Virus record (IMG/VR): IMGVR_UViG_3300042539_001740
Length of the DNA: 64,000 bases
Strand: one strand, 5' to 3'
From: a virus
Lineage: Duplodnaviria; Caudoviricetes
A model generated the notes under the pieces. The model made no database searches. It was not told the DNA's origin and saw only the letters and a program-made list of their open reading frames with translations. Positions 7,415 through 16,698 of this stretch are shown here, in pieces; positions within the stretch are counted from its first letter, which is position 1, and each line of letters opens with the position of its first letter. A program made the position numbers and the translations under genes.

Positions 7415-7829
7415 CAAAGATTCCGTAAGTCCTAAAATAGATTTAGTTGTTATAGATGGAGATACACTTTTTACAATCAATAGAAAGGTTGCAATACAAA
7501 TAGCAATTGAACATGATTCCTTAGAAATCGTAACAAGTAAATTGAAAGAATGTAATGGTGTATTAGATTATTGTCTTGAGGTTAAAAATCAGTACAAAAC
7601 TGCATTAGACCAATCCCAAGGTGTGAGTGATATGTTGAGAAAAGAAATTGAAAAGAAGGACAAAATTATTGGTAGTTACAAAAAGATTGATGAATCTCAA
7701 CAAGCTATGTACAAAGAACTGAATACTGAATTTAAGAAAGCTAAGAACAGAAACAAGTGGTTAACAGGATTAAGTATTGGTGGGGTTACAGTAGGATTCA
7801 CTTCAATTATCCTTTTACTTCTTAAGTAA
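7335..7829 (+). CDS. Signal peptide + coiled coil + C-terminal TM protein, spanin-like
   Basis: Signal (MMSC lipobox or YA-Q SPI site), coiled coil, hydrophobic C-terminus; overlapping arrangement typical of spanin pairs. Confidence 0.45.
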   Translation: MLRLKLLLIVLMMSCSMVYAQDLAKSNKDSVSPKIDLVVIDGDTLFTINRKVAIQIAIEHDSLEIVTSKLKECNGVLDYCLEVKNQYKTALDQSQGVSDMLRKEIEKKDKIIGSYKKIDESQQAMYKELNTEFKKAKNRNKWLTGLSIGGVTVGFTSIILLLLK

Positions 7830-7881
7830 TCATATTATATTTTTTATGTCTTAGGACATAAAGATTAAATAATTTATTATT

Positions 7882-8250
7882 ATGGAAATTACTTATTTTG
7901 CTTTGGGTATGCTTTCGATGGTTGCTTTAACATTTGTTGGAGTTGTTGTTTGGGGTTTGTTCAGGGTCAGTAAAATTGAAAGACAAATTGCTGTCATAAA
8001 ACAAAACGATAGATTCGAGTTTGACAACGTTCAACGACAATTTGAAAATGTTTATCGTGGTATCGATAGTCAAAGGGATGATTACAGACACGAATTTGAA
8101 TCCGTGTTTCGTAGGTTTGAAACAATCGAGGAGAATTCAAGGTTGAATACCGATAACTTGGTGAGAATGATGAATGATAGATATGATGATTCAATTCGTT
8201 ACACAGACAAAAGAATTGATAAGTCATTAAATCAAAAAGAAGTATTATAA
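7882..8250 (+). CDS. Membrane-anchored coiled-coil protein
   Basis: N-terminal TM then a helical repeat-like region. Confidence 0.65.
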   Translation: MEITYFALGMLSMVALTFVGVVVWGLFRVSKIERQIAVIKQNDRFEFDNVQRQFENVYRGIDSQRDDYRHEFESVFRRFETIEENSRLNTDNLVRMMNDRYDDSIRYTDKRIDKSLNQKEVL

Positions 8251-8254
8251 CAAC

Positions 8255-8287
8255 AAACCCCTCCTAAAAAGAGGGGTTTATTTTTTT
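8255..8287. terminator. Terminator between 7882 gene and tmRNA
   Basis: AAACCCCTC-CTAAAAA-GAGGGGTTT followed by a T run. Confidence 0.75.
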
Positions 8288-8293
8288 CTGCGG

Positions 8294-8672
8294 TGGAGGT
8301 ATAGGGAGTCGAACCCTTTCCTGTCCATCTTAACTATTAAGGACTACATGCTTAGGACAACATTATTCGCAGTGCTCCGAGCTATTTGATTTTAATTACT
8401 ACCAAAACCAACAAAATCAGCCAATTCATTTTTAGGGATGAGAATTAGTTAGACAACCCTTCAGTGCTCCTGTTCCTGAGTTAATGCACCCCGACTCGAA
8501 AGTAATATCCTATTGACTAGGCTACTACCGCTTCTTCAGCACGGATTAAACCTACTGCAGAAAGTTTGTTGATAACGTTGCCGTGTATCGTTTCAAACCA
8601 GTTTAACGGACTTAGTTCAGGTCCGGCATGCCCCGAATAACTAACAACGTCAGTCGATTCCAGATTACCCCC
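8294..8672 (-). ncRNA. ssrA: tmRNA; tag ORF 8582-8517 encodes (A)GNVINKLSAVGLIRAEEAVVA
   Basis: 5' GGGGGTAATCTGGAATCGAC; 3' GGGTTCGACTCCC-TA-TACCTCC-A. Acceptor stem has the G3:U70 alanine determinant; internal ORF starts GGC and ends GCC-TAG. Confidence 0.93.
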
Positions 8673-8750
8673 ATATTTTCAATTAACTTTATACAAGGAT
8701 AAATATAAATAATGAATAAACCAAGGTATTTATAAAGAAAAATATTTTTT

Positions 8751-10145
8751 ATGACACCGAAGGAATTAGCTGATGAAGAATCAGAGATTAAATTTGAGGA
8801 TGATAAGGTTTTATTTATCAAAGTGAAAGGGTATGACGCTATGGACTACTACGCTTCTGAAAAATTGAAGAGAGAATATAATAAGTTCAATAGATATGGT
8901 GATGTCTATTTAATCGTTGATAAAGATGGTGAGAATAGTTATGTATTGAATCAAGTAAGAAATGGCTATACTGATGTGTTGGATTTTGATGGGATGGTAA
9001 ATAACTTTATGGATGTAATTGAGGATTATCCACAATTAGAATCGAAACTTGTTGAGTTCATTAAACCTGAGAACCCTTATGAAATGTTGTTATTAATTAA
9101 GGCGGGTAAAAAATATGATAAATGGGATATGAGAAGCATTGATGAATCTTTAAATGGGATGACACTTAACGAAAAGAATCCTGGTAAGAGTATGATTCAA
9201 CTTATGTTTGATGCTGATGAATATATATCTTTTTTTGACTATAAAGAAGGTGAATGGGATGCAAGGATATTGGGGTCTATATTTGGAAATAGTTATTATG
9301 GTAGTTCTTTTGATTTGATACCTAGTGATATGACTTGGGACGATTGGAAAGAAGGTTATATGTTTGGTTCATTTGATGATAAAAACAAAAAAAAGTTGGA
9401 TGATATTGTTTCATTTCTAATTCCTGGTGTAAAAGATTTAAAAGACAAAGATGAGGATAAATATAATAAGAGTGTTGTTCAGTTCTTAGATACCAATTTT
9501 CCGGTGGTTGGTGAAAGGATTGCTGATGAGTACAATTCATTAAGAAACGAATCCGCAGTAGAAAAAATCAAAGAAATTGGTATAAAAGATATTGCGGATG
9601 TATTCCAACAATATGGGGTTTTCAGAAAATCAGGTGTTTTTACAAATTATGTGACAACCGTAAATATCCTATTAAGTTTATATAAAAAAACTCAAAGTAA
9701 ACAAGCAACAATTGTTGAACTATTTAAGGAATTGGGTGAAGAAATGGACTTAGATATTGGTTATTATAATGAAGTGGCTATGGATAGTTGGGATTTTGAT
9801 TTTGAACAATTTAATGATGTTGTTGGTGACCAATTGGATACAATATTAGAAGAAATAGAAGATGAACCTGAAAAGTTTGAGGCCTTCAAAAACTATGCCG
9901 ATGTATTGAAAAAACTTAATGATATGGGTTACCAAATTGGTGGTCAATATAAATTACCAAACACGGAAAATTCATTCAGAATTGACGAAATTAGAAAAGA
10001 CGACTCAAAAGTAGTAATAGTTCATTGGAATAAATCATCAGGAAGGGGAGAAAGAAGAAGTTACACAATAGAAGAGTTTGTTAATTATTTACATTCACCA
10101 GAACTTTTTGAAAGTTTAGTAAAAAGATTGAAAAGAATTATGTAA
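8751..10145 (+). CDS. Large acidic hypothetical protein, probably late/virion
   Basis: 464-aa ORF; TATTTAT upstream; C-terminal LFESLVKRLKRIM. Confidence 0.75.
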   Translation: MTPKELADEESEIKFEDDKVLFIKVKGYDAMDYYASEKLKREYNKFNRYGDVYLIVDKDGENSYVLNQVRNGYTDVLDFDGMVNNFMDVIEDYPQLESKLVEFIKPENPYEMLLLIKAGKKYDKWDMRSIDESLNGMTLNEKNPGKSMIQLMFDADEYISFFDYKEGEWDARILGSIFGNSYYGSSFDLIPSDMTWDDWKEGYMFGSFDDKNKKKLDDIVSFLIPGVKDLKDKDEDKYNKSVVQFLDTNFPVVGERIADEYNSLRNESAVEKIKEIGIKDIADVFQQYGVFRKSGVFTNYVTTVNILLSLYKKTQSKQATIVELFKELGEEMDLDIGYYNEVAMDSWDFDFEQFNDVVGDQLDTILEEIEDEPEKFEAFKNYADVLKKLNDMGYQIGGQYKLPNTENSFRIDEIRKDDSKVVIVHWNKSSGRGERRSYTIEEFVNYLHSPELFESLVKRLKRIM

Positions 10146-10154
10146 TATTGTTCT

Positions 10155-10946
10155 ATGGAACAAAATATCAATTTTTTAAAAAGGGTTTTATCTGTCCCCA
10201 CAAAAACATATAAAGAGGATTTAATGATTCAATTTTTAACCGAATGGTTGGTTGAAAATAATATTCCTTATTTTGTTGATAAGATGGGAAATGTTTATGC
10301 AACCAAACAAACTGATGAGGTTGAATATTTTCCTTGTGTCGTTGCCCACACAGATACCGTTCACGAGCTCGATACAATCAATATTCGTGAGATGATGTTA
10401 CCCAATGACCAAAACGAATTAAAGATGGCCTTAAAGGCTTTTAATGACCAAGGATTACCCACTGGAATTGGGGGTGATGACAAATGTGGTGTTTATGTTT
10501 GTTTGGAGTTATTAAAACAATTACCAAATGTCAAAGCAGCTTTCTTTGTATCGGAAGAAACAGGATGTCATGGGTCAAAAAAAGCCGATAAAGATTTCTT
10601 CTCAAATGTTGGTTATGTTATGCAATTTGATGCTCCTGGTAATTGGATGGTCAGTGAGTATTGTATGGGTGTCAAACTATTTGATAAGGGTAGTGATTTC
10701 TTCGATAAATGTGACAAAGTATTAACGGAGGGTTTTAATAGTCGAAACAAATACCAATCCCACCCTTATACTGATGTTTACGCACTTAAACAACTATTTG
10801 ATTTTTCCTGTATAAACTTTGCTGTTGGTTATTACAACTATCACACAGAACACGAATATGTAATTGTTGATGATGTATATAATACTTTGGATATTGCTAA
10901 GAAAATGATATCTGAGTTGGGTACAAAAAAATACACTAAAAAATAA
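10155..10946 (+). CDS. M28/M20-clan Zn peptidase
   Basis: VAHTDTVH, GGDDKCG, SEETGC, FD and YHT metal-ligand motifs. Confidence 0.8.
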   Translation: MEQNINFLKRVLSVPTKTYKEDLMIQFLTEWLVENNIPYFVDKMGNVYATKQTDEVEYFPCVVAHTDTVHELDTINIREMMLPNDQNELKMALKAFNDQGLPTGIGGDDKCGVYVCLELLKQLPNVKAAFFVSEETGCHGSKKADKDFFSNVGYVMQFDAPGNWMVSEYCMGVKLFDKGSDFFDKCDKVLTEGFNSRNKYQSHPYTDVYALKQLFDFSCINFAVGYYNYHTEHEYVIVDDVYNTLDIAKKMISELGTKKYTKK

Positions 10947-10987
10947 TTTTTTTTTCATATATTACTATATTTATAAATAAAAAAATT

Positions 10988-11659
10988 ATGAGTAAGTATA
11001 GAAATATTAATGAAAGTGACATCGAAAGATTATCTAATATAATTTTAGAAACTGAATCTCAAACAGAAGAATTAGACGAAATTCTAAGTGGTACTAAAGC
11101 TAGTGACTTTTTCCAAGGTGTAAGAGGTTTTATGAAAGGTGAAAGTTTTGGTTATTTTAAATTTTTGAGTAAAATTAAAAATAGAAGTCAAAAAGTAATT
11201 AAAGAACTTGATGACATTGAAAAATTTATGGAAGAACTCAAGGAGTTAAAACCAAGAGTTGATAAGTTATCAATCGCACCTGAGAAAAAAATGAGATTGT
11301 TAAAACTTTTGGATTTTGTTATTACAAAGTGGGAACCATTTTTTCCTGGTTACAAAAAAGCTTTAGGTGAAATAAATCTTTTATCTACTGAAAAATTGAG
11401 TGGACAACGATTAGATGTTGTTCCTGGTTCAAAGAGAGCGCAAATAGGTAAAGATTTGATGATGTCAAAGGATGAAATGAGTCCTGAAGAAGATTTGAGT
11501 AAACCTGAAGTGGTTGATTTTGATACTACAACAACTACAACAACTAAGAAGTCAACAAGTCCTTTAACAAGTACAGGTGAAACAAAGGGTACAGAGGAAA
11601 AGAAAAAAGAAGAAAATTTAAAAGAGGAAATTGATAGATTCAAACAATTAATAAAATAA
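10988..11659 (+). CDS. Hypothetical protein with N-terminal INESDIERL and C-terminal LKEEIDRFKQLIK motifs; Thr-rich linker
   Basis: ORF track; TATTTAT at 10968. Confidence 0.75.
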   Translation: MSKYRNINESDIERLSNIILETESQTEELDEILSGTKASDFFQGVRGFMKGESFGYFKFLSKIKNRSQKVIKELDDIEKFMEELKELKPRVDKLSIAPEKKMRLLKLLDFVITKWEPFFPGYKKALGEINLLSTEKLSGQRLDVVPGSKRAQIGKDLMMSKDEMSPEEDLSKPEVVDFDTTTTTTTKKSTSPLTSTGETKGTEEKKKEENLKEEIDRFKQLIK

Positions 11660-11661
11660 TA

Positions 11662-11689
11662 AAAAAAGGGACTATTCAGTCCCTTTTTT
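11662..11689. terminator. Bidirectional terminator
   Basis: AAAAAAGGGACT-ATTC-AGTCCCTTTTTT between convergent genes. Confidence 0.85.
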
Positions 11690-13702
11690 CTTTTTGGTTT
11701 TTTTGGTTTCCTTTTCTTTGAAAATTATACTTTCATTATCTACGGTTAGAATGTATTGTTCATTTTCTATAATTTTACCATTTAACACCTCTTCTGATAC
11801 AAAATCTTCAATTTTATCTTGAATTGCTCTTTTGATTGGTCTGGCACCATATGTTTCATCAAAACCAACTTTAGAAATTAATTCTAAAACTGAATCATCA
11901 CAAGAAATATTATAATTCAAACCTTCTAATCTTTTAATTAGTTTATCGACCTCTAATTTAACAATTTGTTTTACTTCGTCTTCCTTCAATGTATTAAAAA
12001 CAATAATTTCATCAATACGATTAAGGAATTCAGGGGCAAAGAATTTCTGCAATTCCTTTTTTAACATATCCCTTTTATGTTCCTCTTCAATGTAAACATT
12101 CGCGTTTGTTTTGAATCCAACACCAGTACCAAAATCTTGTAGTTTTTTGACACCAAGGTTTGAGGTCATAATAATGATACAATTCTTGAAATTAATTTTT
12201 CTTCCAAGACCATCAGTAAGATGTCCATCGTCTAAAACTTGGAGTAACGTTGCAAACACGTCTTTATTTGCTTTCTCAATTTCATCGAATAAAATAACTG
12301 AATATGGTTTATTTTTCACTTGTTCGGTAAGTTGTCCCCCTTCATCGTAACCAACGTAACCTGGAGGTGAACCAATTAATCTTGATATTGAATGTTTTTC
12401 TTGGAATTCTGACATATCAACACGGATTAGATTTTCTTCACTACCAAATATTTCCTTAGCTAATTGTTTGGCTAAATAAGTTTTACCCACACCTGTTGAG
12501 CCTAAGAAAATAAATGAACCAATTGGTTTATTAGGGTCTTTAATCCCCAATCTATTTCTCCTTATTGCTTTTGCGATTTTAAGAACAGCTTCTGATTGTC
12601 CAATAACTTTCGAAGCCAAATTGTTATCAAGAGATGAAAGTTTATTAGTTTCATCAGAATCCATTTTTGAGACAGGAATCTTAGTCATATTAGATACAAC
12701 TTCATAAACTAGTTCCACACTAACTTCTTTCTTTTTGTTTAATAAATCAAATTCGAATTTCTTTTTTTCCTCTTCTAACTTATCTAATATTTTTGTTTCC
12801 TTATCTCTTAAATCTGCAGCCAGTTCATAGTTTTGACTTTTTACAACATCTATTTTTTGTTTTTTTATTTCTTGGGCTTGTGTTTTCAAATCCTCCACAA
12901 TTTGGGGCATTTTAATTTCAACCTGACTTCTTGCTCCGACTTCATCAATAATGTCAAATGCCTTATCCGGAAATTCTCTATCTGTAATATATCTTTCTGC
13001 TAAATCAACACAAAGTTTAAGTACATCATCACTATAATTTACTTTATGGTAATTTTCATATTTGTCTTTGACATTTAATAAAATTTGTAATGTTTCATCT
13101 TTAGTTGATGGGTCAACAATTACTTTTTGGAATCGTCTTTCTAATGCCCCATCTTTTTCAAAATTCTTTCTATATTCATCCAAAGTGGTTGCACCAATAC
13201 ATTGGATTTCCCCTCTTGCTAAGGCTGGTTTAAATATGTTAGAGGCATCCAATGAACCTGATGAATTACCTGCACCAACAATTTGATGGATTTCATCGAT
13301 AAACAAAATGATATTTGGGGCGGCTTGTAGTTCTTCTATAATCACCTTCATTCTTTCCTCAAATTGTCCTCTATATTTTGTACCTGCAACAATTGAGGTC
13401 ATATCTAAGGACATAATTCTTTTATCCATTAGATTTCTTGGACAATCTCCATTCAATATTTTCAAGGCCAAACCTTCTACTATAGCGGTTTTTCCACAAC
13501 CTGGTTCACCGATTATAATTGGATTATTTTTCTTTCTTCTTGATAATATTTGGGCTATTCTTGTTATTTCTCTATCTCTACCTACAACAGGGTCTAATTT
13601 TCCCTCCTCCGCAAGTTTAACCAAATCTTTTGCAAAATTATTTAATACTGGTGTGTCGCCCTTACCTTTACTTGAGTAATCTCCATCTTTAGATTCTATC
13701 AT
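11672..13702 (-). CDS. clpC: ClpC-type AAA+ unfoldase lacking the N-terminal Clp-repeat domain (likely start ATG 13702)
   Basis: Two AAA modules (GEPGCGKT, FIDEIH; GSTGVGKT, LFDEIEK), UVR-type M domain (NYELAADLRD) and a VGF ClpP-docking loop. Confidence 0.92.
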   Translation of the reverse strand: MIESKDGDYSSKGKGDTPVLNNFAKDLVKLAEEGKLDPVVGRDREITRIAQILSRRKKNNPIIIGEPGCGKTAIVEGLALKILNGDCPRNLMDKRIMSLDMTSIVAGTKYRGQFEERMKVIIEELQAAPNIILFIDEIHQIVGAGNSSGSLDASNIFKPALARGEIQCIGATTLDEYRKNFEKDGALERRFQKVIVDPSTKDETLQILLNVKDKYENYHKVNYSDDVLKLCVDLAERYITDREFPDKAFDIIDEVGARSQVEIKMPQIVEDLKTQAQEIKKQKIDVVKSQNYELAADLRDKETKILDKLEEEKKKFEFDLLNKKKEVSVELVYEVVSNMTKIPVSKMDSDETNKLSSLDNNLASKVIGQSEAVLKIAKAIRRNRLGIKDPNKPIGSFIFLGSTGVGKTYLAKQLAKEIFGSEENLIRVDMSEFQEKHSISRLIGSPPGYVGYDEGGQLTEQVKNKPYSVILFDEIEKANKDVFATLLQVLDDGHLTDGLGRKINFKNCIIIMTSNLGVKKLQDFGTGVGFKTNANVYIEEEHKRDMLKKELQKFFAPEFLNRIDEIIVFNTLKEDEVKQIVKLEVDKLIKRLEGLNYNISCDDSVLELISKVGFDETYGARPIKRAIQDKIEDFVSEEVLNGKIIENEQYILTVDNESIIFKEKETKKTKKKKGTE

Positions 13703-13755
13703 AACTTTTTTATTTAATAATAATGTTTTATTTGGTATTTTCAACAATCTTGTAA

Positions 13756-13768
13756 TGACAAAATGTCA
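13756..13768. promoter_or_regulatory. Perfect palindrome TGACA-AAA-TGTCA between divergent clpC and UVR gene
   Basis: Read directly in the intergenic region. Confidence 0.4.
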
Positions 13769-13868
13769 GTATTTTTAATTACAAAGTGACATTATTGATT
13801 ATCTTAATTAATTGGTATATAATTCGTACAATACTAAGTAAAATAAACTTAATAACAAACAATTTATT

Positions 13869-14306
13869 ATGGATAACGATTTTTATAAAAAATTTGAGAA
13901 AATTTTGGATGAGATTTTCGGTGGAAAACATAAACCAACAATTCCATTTGAAAGTTTCTTGGAGAATTTAAAGTATGATGACATTGATACTGATTTTAGT
14001 AAACTAAGAAATTCAGTTAGAAAGACAAAGGATGGAATTATTACTTCGATTCATTTTGTGATTAACCCTAACACAAAATGGTCAGCATCTAATTCAAATA
14101 CAAAGAGGGATTTGGAAACTAAATTAAACGAATGTATCCAAAACCAAGATTTTGAACAGGCGGCTAAAATCAGAGACGAAATAAAAGAACTTCAGAAAAA
14201 CAAAGGGAAAATTGAAACTCTCAAAAAAGAAATGGAAATAGCTATTGAAAAACAAGATTTCGAAAGGGCTATAGAAATCAGAGATGAATTAAAAAAAATT
14301 AATTAA
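13869..14306 (+). CDS. Tandem UVR (UvrB/C-motif) protein, candidate ClpC adaptor
   Basis: Two motifs: LNECIQNQDFEQAAKIRDEI and MEIAIEKQDFERAIEIRDEL. Confidence 0.85.
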   Translation: MDNDFYKKFEKILDEIFGGKHKPTIPFESFLENLKYDDIDTDFSKLRNSVRKTKDGIITSIHFVINPNTKWSASNSNTKRDLETKLNECIQNQDFEQAAKIRDEIKELQKNKGKIETLKKEMEIAIEKQDFERAIEIRDELKKIN

Positions 14307-14310
14307 CTTT

Positions 14311-14337
14311 AACCCCCGATATAAATGGGGGTTTTTT
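14311..14337 (+). terminator. Rho-independent terminator
   Basis: AACCCCC/GGGGGTT stem followed by a T run. Confidence 0.75.
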
Positions 14338-14349
14338 AAATTTAAAAAA

Positions 14350-14592
14350 ATGGCAATATTAAAAGAAGAAATAGTAGGTACAAAAATTATAAATGAAGTA
14401 CAATCAAGTAATTTAGTAAGAAGTGAGTATGATACAGCAACTAAAAAAATGATTGTTGAATTCAAAAATGGAACTAAATATGAATATGATGAAGTACCGC
14501 ACACAATTTACACTAGATTCAGGTTATCGGAATCCCAAGGTAAGTTTTTTAGTTCCACCATCGCTAAAAATTACAAGTACAAAAAGGTTTGA
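14350..14592 (+). CDS. KTSC-domain protein
   Basis: SSNLVRSEYD...MIVEFKNGTKYEYDEVP..IY..F..SESQGKFF...I...Y. Confidence 0.85.
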   Translation: MAILKEEIVGTKIINEVQSSNLVRSEYDTATKKMIVEFKNGTKYEYDEVPHTIYTRFRLSESQGKFFSSTIAKNYKYKKV

Positions 14593-14627
14593 TGTATATT
14601 TCCAATGTATGTGAATATTTATCAGAC

Positions 14628-15389
14628 ATGGATAATATTGAAAATATTTTAAGTAGTTTCGAGGTACAAGACCAGTTGTATCCAAAAATATGGTATCTAC
14701 CAAATGAAAAACATATGGGTGACCCTGAAGGTCAGAAATATAAAATAAACCCAAAGGTTAGAAAAAATTTACTTGAGATAACTTACCAATTTATTGAAAG
14801 TTTGGACATTGACGTTGTTATTGAAGACATTATTGTAGTTGGTTCAATAGCTAACTATAATTGGTCTAAGTTCTCAGACATTGACGTGCACATATTAGTT
14901 GATTACAAACAATTTTCCAATGAACTTAAAGATATGTACGTTGAATATTTTGATTTGAAAAAAGTAATTTTCAATCAAAAAAGAGATGTAAAAATGTTTG
15001 GTTTTGATGTTGAGTTTTTCATTGAGGATACTGATATGCAAGGTATCAGTGGAGGTGTTTATTCGTTACTGAATGATGAATGGTTAAAAACACCCAAAAG
15101 GTTTGATTTTAAAGTGGATTTGAAAGATGTAAAAAATAAATCTAAACAATGGATGAGAACTATTGATTCTTCGATAAAAAATATGGAAGACCAAGATATT
15201 GACACAATCGAAAAAACACTAAATCAATTTAAAAATAAACTTAAAAAGTTTAGATTAAGTGGTTTAAAAGGGGGTGGTGAAATGAGCTTGGAAAATTTGG
15301 TTTTTAAAGTATTACGAAGAAATGGGTATATTGACAAATTATATAAAACGCCTTTAAAACTTATAGATAATAAACTTTCTATTGAGTAA
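14628..15389 (+). CDS. Pol-beta superfamily nucleotidyltransferase (likely start ATG 14628)
   Basis: VVGSIANYNWSKFSDIDVH (GS..DxD) plus a third acidic residue in DVEFF; TATTTAT at 14616. Confidence 0.8.
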   Translation: MDNIENILSSFEVQDQLYPKIWYLPNEKHMGDPEGQKYKINPKVRKNLLEITYQFIESLDIDVVIEDIIVVGSIANYNWSKFSDIDVHILVDYKQFSNELKDMYVEYFDLKKVIFNQKRDVKMFGFDVEFFIEDTDMQGISGGVYSLLNDEWLKTPKRFDFKVDLKDVKNKSKQWMRTIDSSIKNMEDQDIDTIEKTLNQFKNKLKKFRLSGLKGGGEMSLENLVFKVLRRNGYIDKLYKTPLKLIDNKLSIE

Positions 15390-15450
15390 ATGTAGAATTG
15401 ATTAATTGTACATATTTATATATAAAAAATAATAACAAAAAAATCGAAAT

Positions 15451-16698
15451 ATGGGAAAATTAAAACCTATTGGTAGTGAAAAATTAGGAGGAATGGAAAA
15501 AATTCAAAGGATTTTGGAAATTTCTAAATATAATTTAAATACTCCTCAGTCAATTAACGAGAGTGAATCTTTAGAATATTCAAAAACATTAGCTGATGGA
15601 AATACATATCATATCACAAAAGAAAAAAATGGATATGTTATTAAAAAAGGGTTGACCGAATCAGTTAGTGAATATATTGAGCCGATGAAAAATAGAAAGT
15701 ATTATTCGTCTTATTCACAAGCATTGAAACGTTTAAACCTTATTGTGAAAGAGGTAAATGTAAATGAGGGTTATAGAGGAAACTTGTCATTATTTAACGA
15801 ACAAGAAAATATTGATGACAAAAAATATTTTTTAGTAAAAGGTGGTGAAACCAATGAACAAGAAGAAACTCAAATTCCACCAGCACCAGCAGCACCTGCG
15901 ACACCACCAGCTGTACCAGCAACACCTGAAACTGAAATGCCTATCGAAGAACCATTACCCGCTGAAGAACCTATGACAGATGAGATGCCAATGGATGATG
16001 AAGTTCCTATGGATGGTGAGGGTGAAACTCCACAAGAGGAAGATGTTGTTACTTTCAAAAGTATTCAAAAACTTACTGGTAAATTAGCTCAAAAACTTAG
16101 AACATTTGGTACTGATGAAGATAATGATATGTCATCCCAAGATGTAAAATATGTTATTAATTCAATTTTGTCTGCTTTGGACTTAAGTAAACTTGAACCT
16201 GACGACATTGAAGAAATTACTTCAAAATTTGAAGAGGGGGAAGAAATTGAAGAACCTGAAATGAGTGATGAGGAATTACCTGAACCTGAAATGGGTGGTG
16301 AAGAATTACCTGAACCTGAGATGGGTGGTGAAGAATTACCTGAACCTGAAATACCAGTTGCACCAGAAGGTGAAATGGCTGAAATGTACCCAAGACACGG
16401 AAGAAGAGAAAGTTTTGAGGAACGTCAACACAAAATGAGGATGAAAGAAATGGGATATGGTGTATCTGAATCAAAAGTTGACAGAATATTACAAAAGTAT
16501 TTCAATGAAACTCCAAAAAATATTAATGAAAGTAAGTTGGAAAGGTTATCCGAAAACTTTAAACAAGAATCAACTTCAAAAAGATTTTTGAACAAATACC
16601 CCTCCGCTAAACTTATTGGTAAAAACAAAAAGGGAACTTTAGTTTTTGAAATGGAAGGAGAAAAATTTGGCGTAACAACAAGTGGTAGATTGATATGA
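15451..16698 (+). CDS. Acidic Pro/Glu-rich protein, prohead-core-like
   Basis: Low-complexity acidic linker, many L/I-x-E sites, located in the head module. Confidence 0.6.
   Translation: MGKLKPIGSEKLGGMEKIQRILEISKYNLNTPQSINESESLEYSKTLADGNTYHITKEKNGYVIKKGLTESVSEYIEPMKNRKYYSSYSQALKRLNLIVKEVNVNEGYRGNLSLFNEQENIDDKKYFLVKGGETNEQEETQIPPAPAAPATPPAVPATPETEMPIEEPLPAEEPMTDEMPMDDEVPMDGEGETPQEEDVVTFKSIQKLTGKLAQKLRTFGTDEDNDMSSQDVKYVINSILSALDLSKLEPDDIEEITSKFEEGEEIEEPEMSDEELPEPEMGGEELPEPEMGGEELPEPEIPVAPEGEMAEMYPRHGRRESFEERQHKMRMKEMGYGVSESKVDRILQKYFNETPKNINESKLERLSENFKQESTSKRFLNKYPSAKLIGKNKKGTLVFEMEGEKFGVTTSGRLI
16252..16350 (+). repeat. 30-nt coding tandem repeat (EPEMGGEELP x ~3)
   Basis: gaacctgaaatgggtggtgaagaattacct units. 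Confidence 0.85.

Noticed and set aside
12111-13679. Short ORFs opposite clpC, and many others opposite long genes throughout the window
   Set aside because: Antisense shadows with no recognisable motifs or expression signals.
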